Shown piece after piece: positions 1 through 9,495 of a stretch of 64,000 bases of DNA. The position numbers and the translations under genes were made by a program. The notes under the pieces were generated by a model. It searched no databases and was not told where the DNA came from. It worked only from the letters and a program-made list of their open reading frames with translations. Positions within the stretch are counted from its first letter, which is position 1. Every line of letters begins with the position of its first letter. The stretch lies in contig WFQU01000160.1 of NCBI GenBank assembly GCA_015486845.1, positions 3,313 through 67,312 on the forward strand, in the 5' to 3' direction. This DNA comes from Anaerolineae bacterium (GTDB lineage Bacteria > Chloroflexota > Anaerolineae > JAADDB01).

Positions 1-1116
1 GAATTTGTTGATGGAGGATTTTCTGCCAGCAGGGCGCAACGCAATCCAAGCGATGCCATGAGCACCATACTGTTGGACAAAATGGCTCAGATCATCTAAC
101 TGTTTGCGGGAATAGCCCGCCATTTCTGGCCCTCGCAGCGCTTTGATCTCTCCGCCGGATGCAATGACGTTCTGAAACGCTCGGAAACTACTCTCTCTAA
201 ACAGATCTGTGCTATTCACCAACGGCAACCCGAAGCGCAAATCCGGTTTGTCGCTGCCGTAGCGGTCTATTGCGTCGGTGTAGGTCAGATGGGGAAATGG
301 TTTGTGTAGCAGGCGTTTGCCAGGTGTAAGCTGTTCTACCATTTGCGTTAGCATTGTTTCGATGAGGCGCAGGACGTCTTCCTGTTCCACAAAAGACATT
401 TCCAGGTCTAATTGGGTGAACTCTGGTTGCCGATCAGCGCGTAGATCTTCGTCGCGAAAACAGCGGGCGATCTGGAAATAGCGTTCGAAGCCGGCAACCA
501 TCAGCAATTGCTTGAGCTGCTGCGGTGATTGGGGCAATGCGTAGAATTTGCCGGGGTGTACACGGCTGGGCACCACGTAATCACGAGCTCCTTCCGGTGT
601 GCTTTTCAGCAAAATTGGTGTTTCGATTTCCAAAAAATCTTCCCGATCCAAAAAATCGCGGATGAATTTGATGATTTTGTGGCGCAAAATAATGTTCTTT
701 TGCATCTTTTCCCTGCGCAGGTCGAGATAGCGGTATTTCAAGCGTAATGTCTCGTCGACATTGCTCTCGGTGTTGATGTAAAACGGTGGCGTTTTGGCCG
801 GATTGAGAATGCGCACACTCTGGATGCTGACTTCGACATCGCCGGTGGCTAAATTAGGATTGCGCAGCGCTTCGGGGCGGGCTACTACCTCGCCCGTCAT
901 TTGTACGACATATTCGTTGCGCAGTTGGCTGGCGATTTTGTGCGCTTCAGGTTGTTCCGCCGAGTTGATGACCACTTGCACGATCCCGGAGCGATCGCGC
1001 AAATCGATGAAAATGAGTCCACCGTGATCCCGGCGGCGGTGTACCCAACCCGCCAAAGTGACTGCCTCTCCAACGTCTTCTAACCGTAAATATCCGCAAT
1101 ATTCTGATTTCAACAT
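1..1116 (-). CDS. aspS: Aspartate--tRNA ligase, 5' part (runs off the window start)
   Basis: Not in the ORF track because it is truncated. Manual translation from ATG at 1116 gives MLKSEYCG...[23 protein letters not shown], later [22 protein letters not shown] and [25 protein letters not shown] (class II motif 2). Confidence 0.97.
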   Translation of the reverse strand, partial: MLKSEYCGYLRLEDVGEAVTLAGWVHRRRDHGGLIFIDLRDRSGIVQVVINSAEQPEAHKIASQLRNEYVVQMTGEVVARPEALRNPNLATGDVEVSIQSVRILNPAKTPPFYINTESNVDETLRLKYRYLDLRREKMQKNIILRHKIIKFIRDFLDREDFLEIETPILLKSTPEGARDYVVPSRVHPGKFYALPQSPQQLKQLLMVAGFERYFQIARCFRDEDLRADRQPEFTQLDLEMSFVEQEDVLRLIETMLTQMVEQLTPGKRLLHKPFPHLTYTDAIDRYGSDKPDLRFGLPLVNSTDLFRESSFRAFQNVIASGGEIKALRGPEMAGYSRKQLDDLSHFVQQYGAHGIAWIALRPAGRKSSINKF

Positions 1117-1189
1117 GGTAGGTATCAATCCTCTTCTCTGCTGCCTTATTGGTCGAGGCGCGCTGTTATTGCTTCTCTCCTGGAGCGTG

Positions 1190-1219
1190 ATTATACAATG
1201 TGCTAAAAGTGGAAAGCAA
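1190..1219 (-). promoter_or_regulatory. Putative sigma70 promoter of aspS
   Basis: TTGCTT-18 nt-TATAAT on the minus strand, about 75 nt upstream of the ATG. Confidence 0.5.
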
Positions 1220-1557
1220 ACAAAGACGGGTGCGACATGTGCACCGTTCGGGTATAGATGCTACGAGGCAGGCCTGGCATAATACGCGCAATAGTGTTTC
1301 GTGCTGCGGCGTGTTACCTGTGCCATTGGTGTGGGTGTTGCCGCTTTCGCAAATAGCACATTTTGGTTGGGGAACTATTACATTGTGTTGGAGCAGGCCG
1401 AAGTGACGCTGGCGCTATTATATGTCCTCCTTTCAGGAAGAGCTGGCTGTTCTGGATAAAGGACGACAAATTTGCTATAATTGGAGTTAGCTCCCTCGTT
1501 GTTCTGTTCACGGTTACTCGTTGGTGGACATGCGTTCTTGCAGAAAGGAAATGAAAA

Positions 1558-2244
1558 ATGGCTTTGGAATACAAGATTTCGGATAGTATTTTGCCTATTG
1601 TCACTATTAGCTTGAAACCGGGAGAAGTGGTTTATTCGGAATCTGGTGGCATGAGCTGGATGTCGGCCAACGTCGAGATGAAGACGCACTCTGGAGGTGG
1701 CTTGGGCAAAATGCTGAAGCGCAAATTGAGCGGTGAGTCTTTATTTATCACGGATTATTTCGTGTCGAGGGATGACGGAAGTGTGGCCTTTGCCAGCGAG
1801 TTTCCGGGGCGCATCTTGGCGATGCCGTTGGAAACCGGCGAGGTGCTCATTGCCCAGAAAGATGCTTTCATGTGCGCTGAGAAGAGCGTCGATTTAGATT
1901 TGCATCTTAATCGGAGAATTGGTGCCGGTTTTTTCGGTGGTGAGGGTTTCATCATGGAGAAAATCACGGGCCCCGGTCTTGTTTTCTTCGAGTTCGATGG
2001 TGATATTGTGGAGATGACGCTGGCAAAAGGGGAAAGCCTGCGGGTAGATGCCGGCCATATTGCTATGTTCCAACCGTCCGTGCAATATGATGTCAAAATG
2101 GTCAAAGGGGTTGGCAATATGTTGTTTGGCGGTGAAGGATTGTTCCTGGCGACTTTGCGTGGTCCGGGGAAAATCTGGTTACAGACAATGCCTCTCGTCA
2201 AATTGGCAGGTAGGATGATCCCCTTTTTCCCGACCAAAAGTTAA
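1558..2244 (+). CDS. AIM24/TIGR00266 family protein
   Basis: LKPGEVVYSESGGMSWM, GESLF, GFFGGEGF, FGGEGLFLATLRGPGKIWLQT. Extended -10 TGcTATAAT at 1473-1481. Confidence 0.9.
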   Translation: MALEYKISDSILPIVTISLKPGEVVYSESGGMSWMSANVEMKTHSGGGLGKMLKRKLSGESLFITDYFVSRDDGSVAFASEFPGRILAMPLETGEVLIAQKDAFMCAEKSVDLDLHLNRRIGAGFFGGEGFIMEKITGPGLVFFEFDGDIVEMTLAKGESLRVDAGHIAMFQPSVQYDVKMVKGVGNMLFGGEGLFLATLRGPGKIWLQTMPLVKLAGRMIPFFPTKS

Positions 2245-2327
2245 GCGGATCGTTTGTAGTGCGGCTATAAGGCTGAACGCAAATGAAGGTCATGTTCAGC
2301 CTTATAGCCATTTCAGGAAGGGCTGGC

Positions 2328-3500
2328 ATGGCAAAGACAGCGGATGTTATTATTATTGGTGGGGGCGTGCATGGCGCCAGTATGGCTTTTCATTTAGCCC
2401 GGCGGGGCGTGAAGCCATTGGTGTTGGAGCGAAAGTTTGTGGCCGCGGGCGCGACGGGACGTTCCAGTGGCTTGGTGCGGATGCATTATGATTTACGTGA
2501 GGAAGCGGAACTGGTCTGGCGTTCCTTCGCTTATTTTCGCAACTGGGATGAAATGGTGGGCGGCGACAGCGGTTTTGTGCGCACGGGTTTTATTCGTATT
2601 GTACAGCCGGAGTACGAAGCAGCACTGCGGGCGAATGTGAAAATGCAGCAGGAAGTAGGGATTCCCACGTTGTTGGTGACTGGAGGCGATATCAAGCGGT
2701 TGGCGCCTTACATGGTGACCGACGATTTTTCGGTGGCGGCGTACGAGCCGGAGTCGGGGTATGCAGACCCGTCGGGCACAGCCATGAGCCTGATGACGGC
2801 GGCTCGTCGGCTGGGCGCGACTTTGAAGTCAGGCACGGCTGTGGCCGAAGTGTTGGCGAATGATAGCAAAGTGATCGGCGTGAAAAGCGCAGATGGCACG
2901 GAATACCACGCGCCGGCGGTGGTGGACGCGGCGGGAGCCTGGGCGGACCGCATCGCTGCCATGGTGGGTTTGACCTTGCCGTTGACGACTTGGAGCCACG
3001 ATGTGATGTTCATCCGCCGGCCCAAATCGGTCGGGCTTTCGCATCCCACGGTGATCGACGACCAGCAGGAGATGTATTTCCGTCCCGAGCGGGGCGGGCT
3101 GACGCTGGTGGGGCTGGAGTGCGACAATCCGCTGGGCGAAGACCCGGATGGAGATACGGATCACGCCCATCCCGGCTACGTCGAACGCGCCGTAGATCAT
3201 ATCTGCCACCGCATTCCGGTGATGGAAGAGGGCTCGTTGCATAGCGCTTACAAAGGCTATGATGGCCTTTCCAGCGACCAACGTGCCATTTTGGGCCCGG
3301 CGGGGCCGGAAGGCTTCTGGCTGAACTGTGGGCACAGCGGTACCGGTTTTAAGATCGCGCCGGCCACGGGCGAAAGTTTGACGGAGTGGATGCTGGACGG
3401 CGTGCCGCACACGGTAGACATCCGGCCGTTTACTTTCGACCGGTTTGCCGCTGGCCGGCCGCTGCGGGGCGAACACCCGTACGCCGATATCTGGCGGTAA
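2328..3500 (+). CDS. FAD-dependent oxidoreductase (DAO/sarcosine oxidase beta-like)
   Basis: DVIIIGGGVHG FAD motif, GATGRSSG, GHSGTGFKIAP. Start placed at the ATG after AGGAAGGG. Confidence 0.88.
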   Translation: MAKTADVIIIGGGVHGASMAFHLARRGVKPLVLERKFVAAGATGRSSGLVRMHYDLREEAELVWRSFAYFRNWDEMVGGDSGFVRTGFIRIVQPEYEAALRANVKMQQEVGIPTLLVTGGDIKRLAPYMVTDDFSVAAYEPESGYADPSGTAMSLMTAARRLGATLKSGTAVAEVLANDSKVIGVKSADGTEYHAPAVVDAAGAWADRIAAMVGLTLPLTTWSHDVMFIRRPKSVGLSHPTVIDDQQEMYFRPERGGLTLVGLECDNPLGEDPDGDTDHAHPGYVERAVDHICHRIPVMEEGSLHSAYKGYDGLSSDQRAILGPAGPEGFWLNCGHSGTGFKIAPATGESLTEWMLDGVPHTVDIRPFTFDRFAAGRPLRGEHPYADIWR

Positions 3501-3506
3501 ATAAAG

Positions 3507-3584
3507 GACGTTGATGACGCAGATTTCATGTTGACAAAACAAAGAGACCAGTGCAGTCAGCGCGTGTCAGCGGCATCTGCGTCT
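3507..3584. repeat. Short-unit inverted intergenic repeat (GACGCAGAT...ATCTGCGTC/TCAGCG type)
   Basis: Left arm GGACGTTGATGACGCAGATTTCA also at 12184. TCAGCG units as at 12238-12275 and 52561-52590. Confidence 0.6.
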
Positions 3585-3628
3585 GATTCAACGCTTAACG
3601 CAAATGCGAGACATTTCGGGACGACTTC

Positions 3629-4120
3629 CTACCGCAAACTCGTGAGCGCCAGCAGGCCGCCGAACCCGACGATGACGGCGCCGGAGATCCGGTTGACCCA
3701 TTGCAAGCCGCTGGCGTTGAATTTGCCGCGGGAAAGGCCGACCCCCGTGCTCAAATAGCTTCCCCGCGCGCCGGCGAGACCTAACCCGGCAAATATTGCC
3801 GCAAAGGAAATGATAGTCATTGGGTTGGTGAGGGTTAGAAAAAACATGGAAGCGTAAGCGATCTGTAGGCCGTCGCTGGGGGCCTGGGCGGCTTCTTCTA
3901 CCGGTTTGGCCAATAGCGTCTTGAGCCCCAAATAGCAAAGAAACAGGCCGCCGATCAGTCGCAGCCAGGTTTGTTGGCCGACTAAGAGGTCGGAGATGAA
4001 GGTCAGGCCGAACCCGGCAATGCAGCCGTAGACTGCGTCGGCGGTGGCGGCCCCTAATCCGGAGACCAGCCCGGCGGCCCGTCCCTGGGCCAGGGTACGG
4101 CGTATGGCCAGCACGCCGAT
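3629..4120 (-). pseudogene. Decayed LysE/RhtB family translocator
   Basis: IGVLAIRRTL...GLGAATADAVYG...LTLTNPMTI...VNRISG. The first helix and PxGP motif are absent, and the helix between YLS and TGVGL looks deleted. Confidence 0.7.
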
Positions 4121-4215
4121 TCCGGGATGCGCTGCTTTCTTTATTATTGTCTATAACGTAATGTGTACCCGGACGACGATATTGGCCTTGATACCGGTGT
4201 GTGCCCAGCACTTGG

Positions 4216-5445
4216 CTAATCAACGACCTCCCGGCGTAGCAATGGCGATTCCGGTAGTCTCATACAGAGCAATAAGCCCACGACGAGTAGCCCGATGAGC
4301 AGTTCTAAGGGAAGTGTCATGGAACCACTGCTAGGCGCTTTGAGGCTGTCCATGCCAAAGATAAAAGCGATGCCGGCGATTTGTCCCATCAGCAGGAGAA
4401 AACCATTGGAAGTGCCTTCCGGGGCCGGGAATGTGATCTCGGCACCATATTGAAAGCCGATGGGGCCGCTGCTGAGCAGGAAAAAGCCCAACGTAAACGC
4501 CGAAATGAGCAACAGCGGGTAGCGGTCGGCGAAAGTGATGCCGATTAAGCCGATGGTGGCTCCTGTTAACGATATGACCATGAAAGGCACTCGGCGCTGG
4601 GCGCGGTCGGAAATCGAGGGTAAGATGGCTGCCCCGATGACGCCGCCGACAACCATTAAACCGCCTATCGTGCCGGCCTGGGTGATGGTGAAGCCTCTCG
4701 GCCGCACGATTTCTTCTATCCATGTCGTCACGCCGTTGAAGATGCCTAATCCTACGAAGAAGATTAGCATCAGCCAGAGGAACGTTTTGTTGCGCAAAAT
4801 GTCTTTCAGCCCATCGAGCATCAGGGATCGTTCTTCTTGCTCCGGCGGACATGGTGGGGTGGGGGGGCGTTCTTTAGCAACCAGTAAGAATGCGGCCGCG
4901 GCTATGGCTGCAATGATGCCGTAGATGATGAGCATGTTGCCCATGCCGGTGCTGATGACTAAGAAGGGCGTCGCGGCCATGCCGACGATGATGCCGACGT
5001 AAATGGCCAAGGTCCCTAATCCGGCAGCCGTGGCGCGTTCTTGTAATGGAAACCAGCGGGCTGCTACGGCCGTGATGGCGTTGAGAATGAACGGTTGCCC
5101 GATAGCAATACCGATTTGGGCGATGAGCACGAAAGTATAATTCGCCGGGAAGAGGCCGCGCATGAGACCGAAAATGCCGGTCAGCACGGCGCCGATTCCC
5201 ACGCCGACTTTGATGCCGTAGCTGTCGATGACCCAGGAAGCAGGGATCGAGAAGAGGATGAAAACGATCATGAAACTCATGGAGAGTAGGCCGATGGCTA
5301 AGTCCGAGACGCTGTAGAAACGGGTGGCACTGCTGGTAATGGGTGCGAAGGTGATCCAGAGAAGTTGGTTGGCAATTACAATGAGCATGAATGATAGCAA
5401 TACGATCCAGCGATAACGATACGTTTTGAAGCTGTTTTCCGACAT
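4216..5445 (-). CDS. MFS transporter
   Basis: 409 aa, about 12 hydrophobic segments, YRYRW N-terminus, ARWFPLQERATA, ISDRAQRR. SD AAAGGAGG. Confidence 0.92.
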   Translation of the reverse strand: MSENSFKTYRYRWIVLLSFMLIVIANQLLWITFAPITSSATRFYSVSDLAIGLLSMSFMIVFILFSIPASWVIDSYGIKVGVGIGAVLTGIFGLMRGLFPANYTFVLIAQIGIAIGQPFILNAITAVAARWFPLQERATAAGLGTLAIYVGIIVGMAATPFLVISTGMGNMLIIYGIIAAIAAAAFLLVAKERPPTPPCPPEQEERSLMLDGLKDILRNKTFLWLMLIFFVGLGIFNGVTTWIEEIVRPRGFTITQAGTIGGLMVVGGVIGAAILPSISDRAQRRVPFMVISLTGATIGLIGITFADRYPLLLISAFTLGFFLLSSGPIGFQYGAEITFPAPEGTSNGFLLLMGQIAGIAFIFGMDSLKAPSSGSMTLPLELLIGLLVVGLLLCMRLPESPLLRREVVD

Positions 5446-5454
5446 GTGGTGTGC

Positions 5455-5702
5455 CTCCTTTGAAAATAAAATGGGACGGAGATCAACGCGGGCTGCGCAC
5501 GCAGATAAAAAATCAAGCCTTCTTTAAAGAAGTTCAACTTCTTCGAGAAGTTGAACTTCTAATTGACGGGGTTGGCCGACTTAGCGCACGGAGCTCAAAG
5601 CTCTGTGCTACGTAAATGATAAGCCTCTTAGAAAGGGGCTGGTGTTAAGCGGCCTCTTTACAGAGGACGTTACCTTGACGTACCCCGCTGCCGTACCGGA
5701 AT
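5455..5702 (-). repeat. Composite repeat family A, copy 1
   Basis: Colinear with 20349-20570, and with the reverse complement of 54807-55046 and 55270-55330. Contains the 33-nt palindrome at 5528-5560 and a GTAG hairpin. Confidence 0.9.
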
Positions 5703-5762
5703 TAAGGCTTTAGCCGGTGGTAGATCCACTAACCCGCCTAAAGGCTCGACGTCAGCCGCATC

Positions 5763-5821
5763 ATTTTCATCCGTTGTGGTAGGCCTGTCTGCGTGCCCGC
5801 ACAGGCAGGCCACAGGCCCAT
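5763..5821 (-). repeat. Repeat module carrying a nested 26-nt palindromic insert
   Basis: Matches the reverse complement of 52523-52556 once 26 nt flanked by AGGCC are removed. Confidence 0.75.
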
Positions 5822-5840
5822 CTGAAAATAAACTTCTCTG

Positions 5841-5875
5841 GAGGGTAGCCGAGGGCATTGCCCTCGGCTACCCTC
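5841..5875. repeat. Perfect hairpin GAGGGTAGCCGAGGGCA-T-TGCCCTCGGCTACCCTC
   Basis: 17-nt inverted arms seen directly. Confidence 0.8.
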
Positions 5876-5896
5876 TCCTCCGAAAAATAGAACGCC

Positions 5897-5951
5897 GACT
5901 AATCGCCCTACGGCGATTTGGCAGACGTTGCCGTGACTTTCAGTCGCTGGG
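5897..5951 (-). repeat. Repeat family B, partial copy
   Basis: Reverse complement matches 54682-54737 (GCGACTxAAAGTCACGGCAACGTCTGC...AATCGCC...GATTAG). Confidence 0.85.
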
Positions 5952-6084
5952 CCATCTTTTTCTTTCGAGAGCACTGCCCTCGAGCTCCCCGCAGGGGAAC
6001 CGTATGGTTTCCTTCCAACCCTTCTGAAAAGCGTTCCCCCAGCTAAGGTGGTCAAACGAATTAAATAGGTCGTTGCTATTCATG

Positions 6085-7125
6085 TTAGATAACTTTGCCG
6101 CCGGAATTGCCGCGAGCGGGGTGGGGAAGGGCTTGCCGCCAGTGTACTGCCTGCCGGCGCCGGTTCCGCCAGCGCCAATAGCATCCGACAGGATAGCCGA
6201 TCATTTTCGCAATATCACCGCTCAGCCGGATTGCCGGTACCCAGCAGGCAGCGATCATCCGTTGAGTTTGGCTGTACGCTTGCCACAGGCGTTGTAAGCG
6301 CAACCACGGCCGGCGCAGGTAGAGCAATCCGCTTAGCAAGAGCAATAGCACTGTGAATTTAGTGCGGCTGGCGACCAGGGTTAGCGCTGGTAATACAATG
6401 AGGTATGTTAGATAACGCAGACCGTGGCGTGTGCGCCAAAGATCGGCTTTGCCGTCCCCGCGGGCGTAGCGGTAATATTGCTGGGCGAATTGTCGTAAGT
6501 TCTTCCGTGGACGGAAATGAACGACGGCGTTGGGTGCCCAGTGGATCTTGTCACATCTGGCCCGAAGCTGAAAATCGAAGAGCAGGTCTTCGCAATAGTC
6601 AAGCCAGGTTGGGTAACCGCCGCTGGCCTTCCAGGCTCTTCTCGTGAAAGCTACTGATCGGCTGGAGGGAAGAAATGTTGCCGGGTTGATCTCCTCTTTT
6701 AAGGGCAATGTGGTAGCGCCTAAAGCTAGTTCGAATACGTTGGCCGGGTCGGCCTGGAAGAAGCCAGCCACGGCTTCTATCTTCTCTTCTCGGCCTCGTA
6801 ATGGCTTGGTGATCTGTTCTAACCAGTCTGGCTCTAAGCGCACACCGGCATCTGTGACAGCTATGATCTGGCCTTTCGTCGCGTTGATGGCAGCGTTACG
6901 TCCGGTGCTGATATTGGCCTGAGGAATGACGAGCACCCGCACCGGCAAATGGTTACTAAAAGCATTGATGCGGTCTACCGTTCCATCGGTCGAACCGCCA
7001 TCGACAAAAAGAATTTCGTCCGGCTGTACAGTTTGAGCCACTAACGAATCCAGCAAAACATTAATGCTGTTGCTTTCGTTATAGACTGTGATGGCTATCG
7101 AAATAATTTCTGTTTTATCAGTCAA
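6085..7125 (-). CDS. Glycosyltransferase family 2
   Basis: ITVYNE, VDGGSTDGT, GRNAAI, VTDAG, CEDLLF, YARGDG. TTG start after GGGAGG. Confidence 0.92.
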   Translation of the reverse strand: MTDKTEIISIAITVYNESNSINVLLDSLVAQTVQPDEILFVDGGSTDGTVDRINAFSNHLPVRVLVIPQANISTGRNAAINATKGQIIAVTDAGVRLEPDWLEQITKPLRGREEKIEAVAGFFQADPANVFELALGATTLPLKEEINPATFLPSSRSVAFTRRAWKASGGYPTWLDYCEDLLFDFQLRARCDKIHWAPNAVVHFRPRKNLRQFAQQYYRYARGDGKADLWRTRHGLRYLTYLIVLPALTLVASRTKFTVLLLLLSGLLYLRRPWLRLQRLWQAYSQTQRMIAACWVPAIRLSGDIAKMIGYPVGCYWRWRNRRRQAVHWRQALPHPARGNSGGKVI

Positions 7126-7180
7126 AGTAATTGCCTCCCTGGGGCTTCGTATAGTCAATCACTATGTATTACGCGTTTTA

Positions 7181-7852
7181 CTATACGTAAGCGCATTTAC
7201 GAGTTATTATGGCAAGGCTGGTTAGGATTAATAACGCCAAGAGTAGCCACAACGGCCCCCACCCAATTCGAAAGCTGTGTGCGTACAGGTGTCGTAGCTC
7301 TGGAAGCAAACGTGCGAATTGCCAAAGCGCACCAATGGTTGCGATACCATTGACAATAGACAACGCTAACCAGGAGACGTATCGGTGCCAATAGGGTGTG
7401 GTGAACCAGATCAGCACGGATAATACCAGCCAGCCGGTAAATAATCTGTTAGCTGGTCGTAATAGTATTGCTGGAGTCCAGGTTGGGGGTAGTAACGGAT
7501 AGCTTTGGCTGCCGGCCAACAGCCAAAGCACTCCACGCCAGATACGCAGGTTGGTGCCGGGGAACGCTCGCCAGGCAATATATCCGATTGTCAAGGTGGT
7601 AGTGATGATCGGCGCAGCCAGCCAAAACCGCTGTAAAGCGTGTTGTCCGGCACGTGTGGCAGGCAGTAGTTCGATGAAGTTTGGCAACAGAAAAAGATTA
7701 AAGCGCAGGCTCATGGCGCCTTGATTGCTGGTTAGCCAGGCTGACCAGGCTGATAGCGCGTTACAGACAATCAAGCAGAGTAGGAGGATAGAGAGTAGAG
7801 GGTTTCCGTTTGAAGTAGTTCGTGTTTTTCGTGTAGTCATTATACTATCCAA
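7181..7852 (-). CDS. Hypothetical multi-pass membrane protein
   Basis: 223-aa ORF with several hydrophobic segments, tightly placed between two glycosyltransferase genes. Confidence 0.7.
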   Translation of the reverse strand: MDSIMTTRKTRTTSNGNPLLSILLLCLIVCNALSAWSAWLTSNQGAMSLRFNLFLLPNFIELLPATRAGQHALQRFWLAAPIITTTLTIGYIAWRAFPGTNLRIWRGVLWLLAGSQSYPLLPPTWTPAILLRPANRLFTGWLVLSVLIWFTTPYWHRYVSWLALSIVNGIATIGALWQFARLLPELRHLYAHSFRIGWGPLWLLLALLILTSLAIITRKCAYV

Positions 7853-7879
7853 TCATCACACTCCACTAAATTCACCAAA

Positions 7880-9031
7880 TCACCCACCCAAGCCACCCAA
7901 GACCGACCAATAAACCATCAATAACGCACCTGCCGCAGCTTCCCAAGTAAAACGTTTCGCCCGGGTTAGTCCACGTCGGGCATATGCTGCTCTCGTTTCT
8001 TCACTTTCAGCCAAAGCCAGCAAAGCGGTCAACCAAGACTGTTCTTCCTCCAAAGGCAAAACATAGCCGGCGTCTCCGACTACTTCGGGCAGGGAAGCCC
8101 GATCACTGACCACAACAGGCGTACCGCACGCCATCGCTTCCAGTGGCGGTAGCCCAAAGCCTTCATAGTGTGATGGGTAAACTAAGGCGTCGGCGCAACT
8201 CAAGAGCGCCGGCAAATCCGCATCATCGACGAAGCCGACAAAATGGATACGCGCACGCGCCGGGCTGGCTGCCGCCGCGGCGAAGACAGGCTCGTAGTCC
8301 CATCCTTTTCCCCCGGCGATGACTAAATGCTGCCGCAGCCCGGGATGCGCCTCCACCAGCCGCGTGAAGATGCGAATGAGGCCGGTCAGGTTCTTGCGCG
8401 GTTCTATCTTCCCCACGAACAGGAAGAAACGTTCCGGCAGCGCGTATTTGTCGCGCACGCGGTCCAACGCTTCATTGTCGTTGATGGGCCGGAAGCGTCG
8501 GTCGACACCGCAATAAACCACGCTGACGCGCTCTTCCGGAATCCCCCAAATGCGCACGATGTCCCGGCGCGTCGATTCCGAATCGGCAATGAGATGATTT
8601 GCCCGGCGCGCGGAGCGGGGCACCGCTTTTGCCAGGAACTGTTGCAATTTGCGGTGGGCGAATTGCGGCATGACCAGGAACGAAAGATCGTGAATGGTTA
8701 GAATGGTGCGGCCCGAGAGGGTGGGGAGGAGCAAATAATCCGGGAAGTGCCACAAGTCCGCTTTGCCCACGAATGGCTCTATTGGCCACGGCACTCGCAC
8801 TCGCTGCCAGAAGATGATCCCCTGGCGCTCTGTCAACGGTAAATGGCGCACTGGGAAAGGCGTGCGCTTTCCGCCGATCACCGCGTTCTTGTTCGCGAAA
8901 AGCTCGACCCGTACGTCCGCCGGCAAAATAGATCTCAGCGCGGTGAACAACTCGCGCGTGCAGCGGCCAATGCCGGCCGACTGCGTCAACGCTGACGTGT
9001 AATCTGCTCGAATGGTGGTTGCCATACTCAT
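7880..9031 (-). CDS. Glycosyltransferase family 4
   Basis: TIHDL, VGKIEPRKN, YEGFGLPPLEAMACGTPVV. Confidence 0.95.
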   Translation of the reverse strand: MSMATTIRADYTSALTQSAGIGRCTRELFTALRSILPADVRVELFANKNAVIGGKRTPFPVRHLPLTERQGIIFWQRVRVPWPIEPFVGKADLWHFPDYLLLPTLSGRTILTIHDLSFLVMPQFAHRKLQQFLAKAVPRSARRANHLIADSESTRRDIVRIWGIPEERVSVVYCGVDRRFRPINDNEALDRVRDKYALPERFFLFVGKIEPRKNLTGLIRIFTRLVEAHPGLRQHLVIAGGKGWDYEPVFAAAAASPARARIHFVGFVDDADLPALLSCADALVYPSHYEGFGLPPLEAMACGTPVVVSDRASLPEVVGDAGYVLPLEEEQSWLTALLALAESEETRAAYARRGLTRAKRFTWEAAAGALLMVYWSVLGGLGG

Positions 9032-9495
9032 AATCCCCGGTAGGTCCAGAGGCGATTAGCGCCAAAGTTCCAGAACATAGCCACAAAACTGGCAGTCACT
9101 TTAGCGAAGTTCAAGCTCCAGACTGTTGCAAAGTAATGCGAGTAAATGAAATGGTCACTGCCTAAGAACACAGTCTGGTTGATGGTCCAGCCGACGAAAT
9201 AGACCATCATGAACTGGGCTAATTGGCCGTGCACGGCCCTTTCCCTGGATTCCGGGAAAGTCCAGAGCCGGTTCCAGGTGAAATTGTTGAGCACGGACAG
9301 GGAAAACGAAGCCGTGTTAGCCCAGAATTTCGGCCAGCCCAACACGAAGAAAAAGAAATTCAACAAGCCGAAATCGACAGCCGCTCCGCTGAAGCCGATG
9401 GTGCCGAATTTCAAGAACCGCTTTATCTCTTTCCGATGTCCCGGCGGCACGACTTCACGGTAGTGTGCCAACAACGATCCTAATCCGGTGATCAC
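9028..9495 (-). CDS. GtrA family flippase-like protein
   Basis: RFLKFGTIG, NNFTWNRLWTF, WNFGANRLWTY, four hydrophobic segments. Overlaps both neighbours by 4 nt. Confidence 0.92.
   Translation of the reverse strand: MITGLGSLLAHYREVVPPGHRKEIKRFLKFGTIGFSGAAVDFGLLNFFFFVLGWPKFWANTASFSLSVLNNFTWNRLWTFPESRERAVHGQLAQFMMVYFVGWTINQTVFLGSDHFIYSHYFATVWSLNFAKVTASFVAMFWNFGANRLWTYRGL

Noticed and set aside
1117..1557. T-box leader for aspS
   Set aside because: The likely promoter leaves only a short leader, and no T-box motif is visible.
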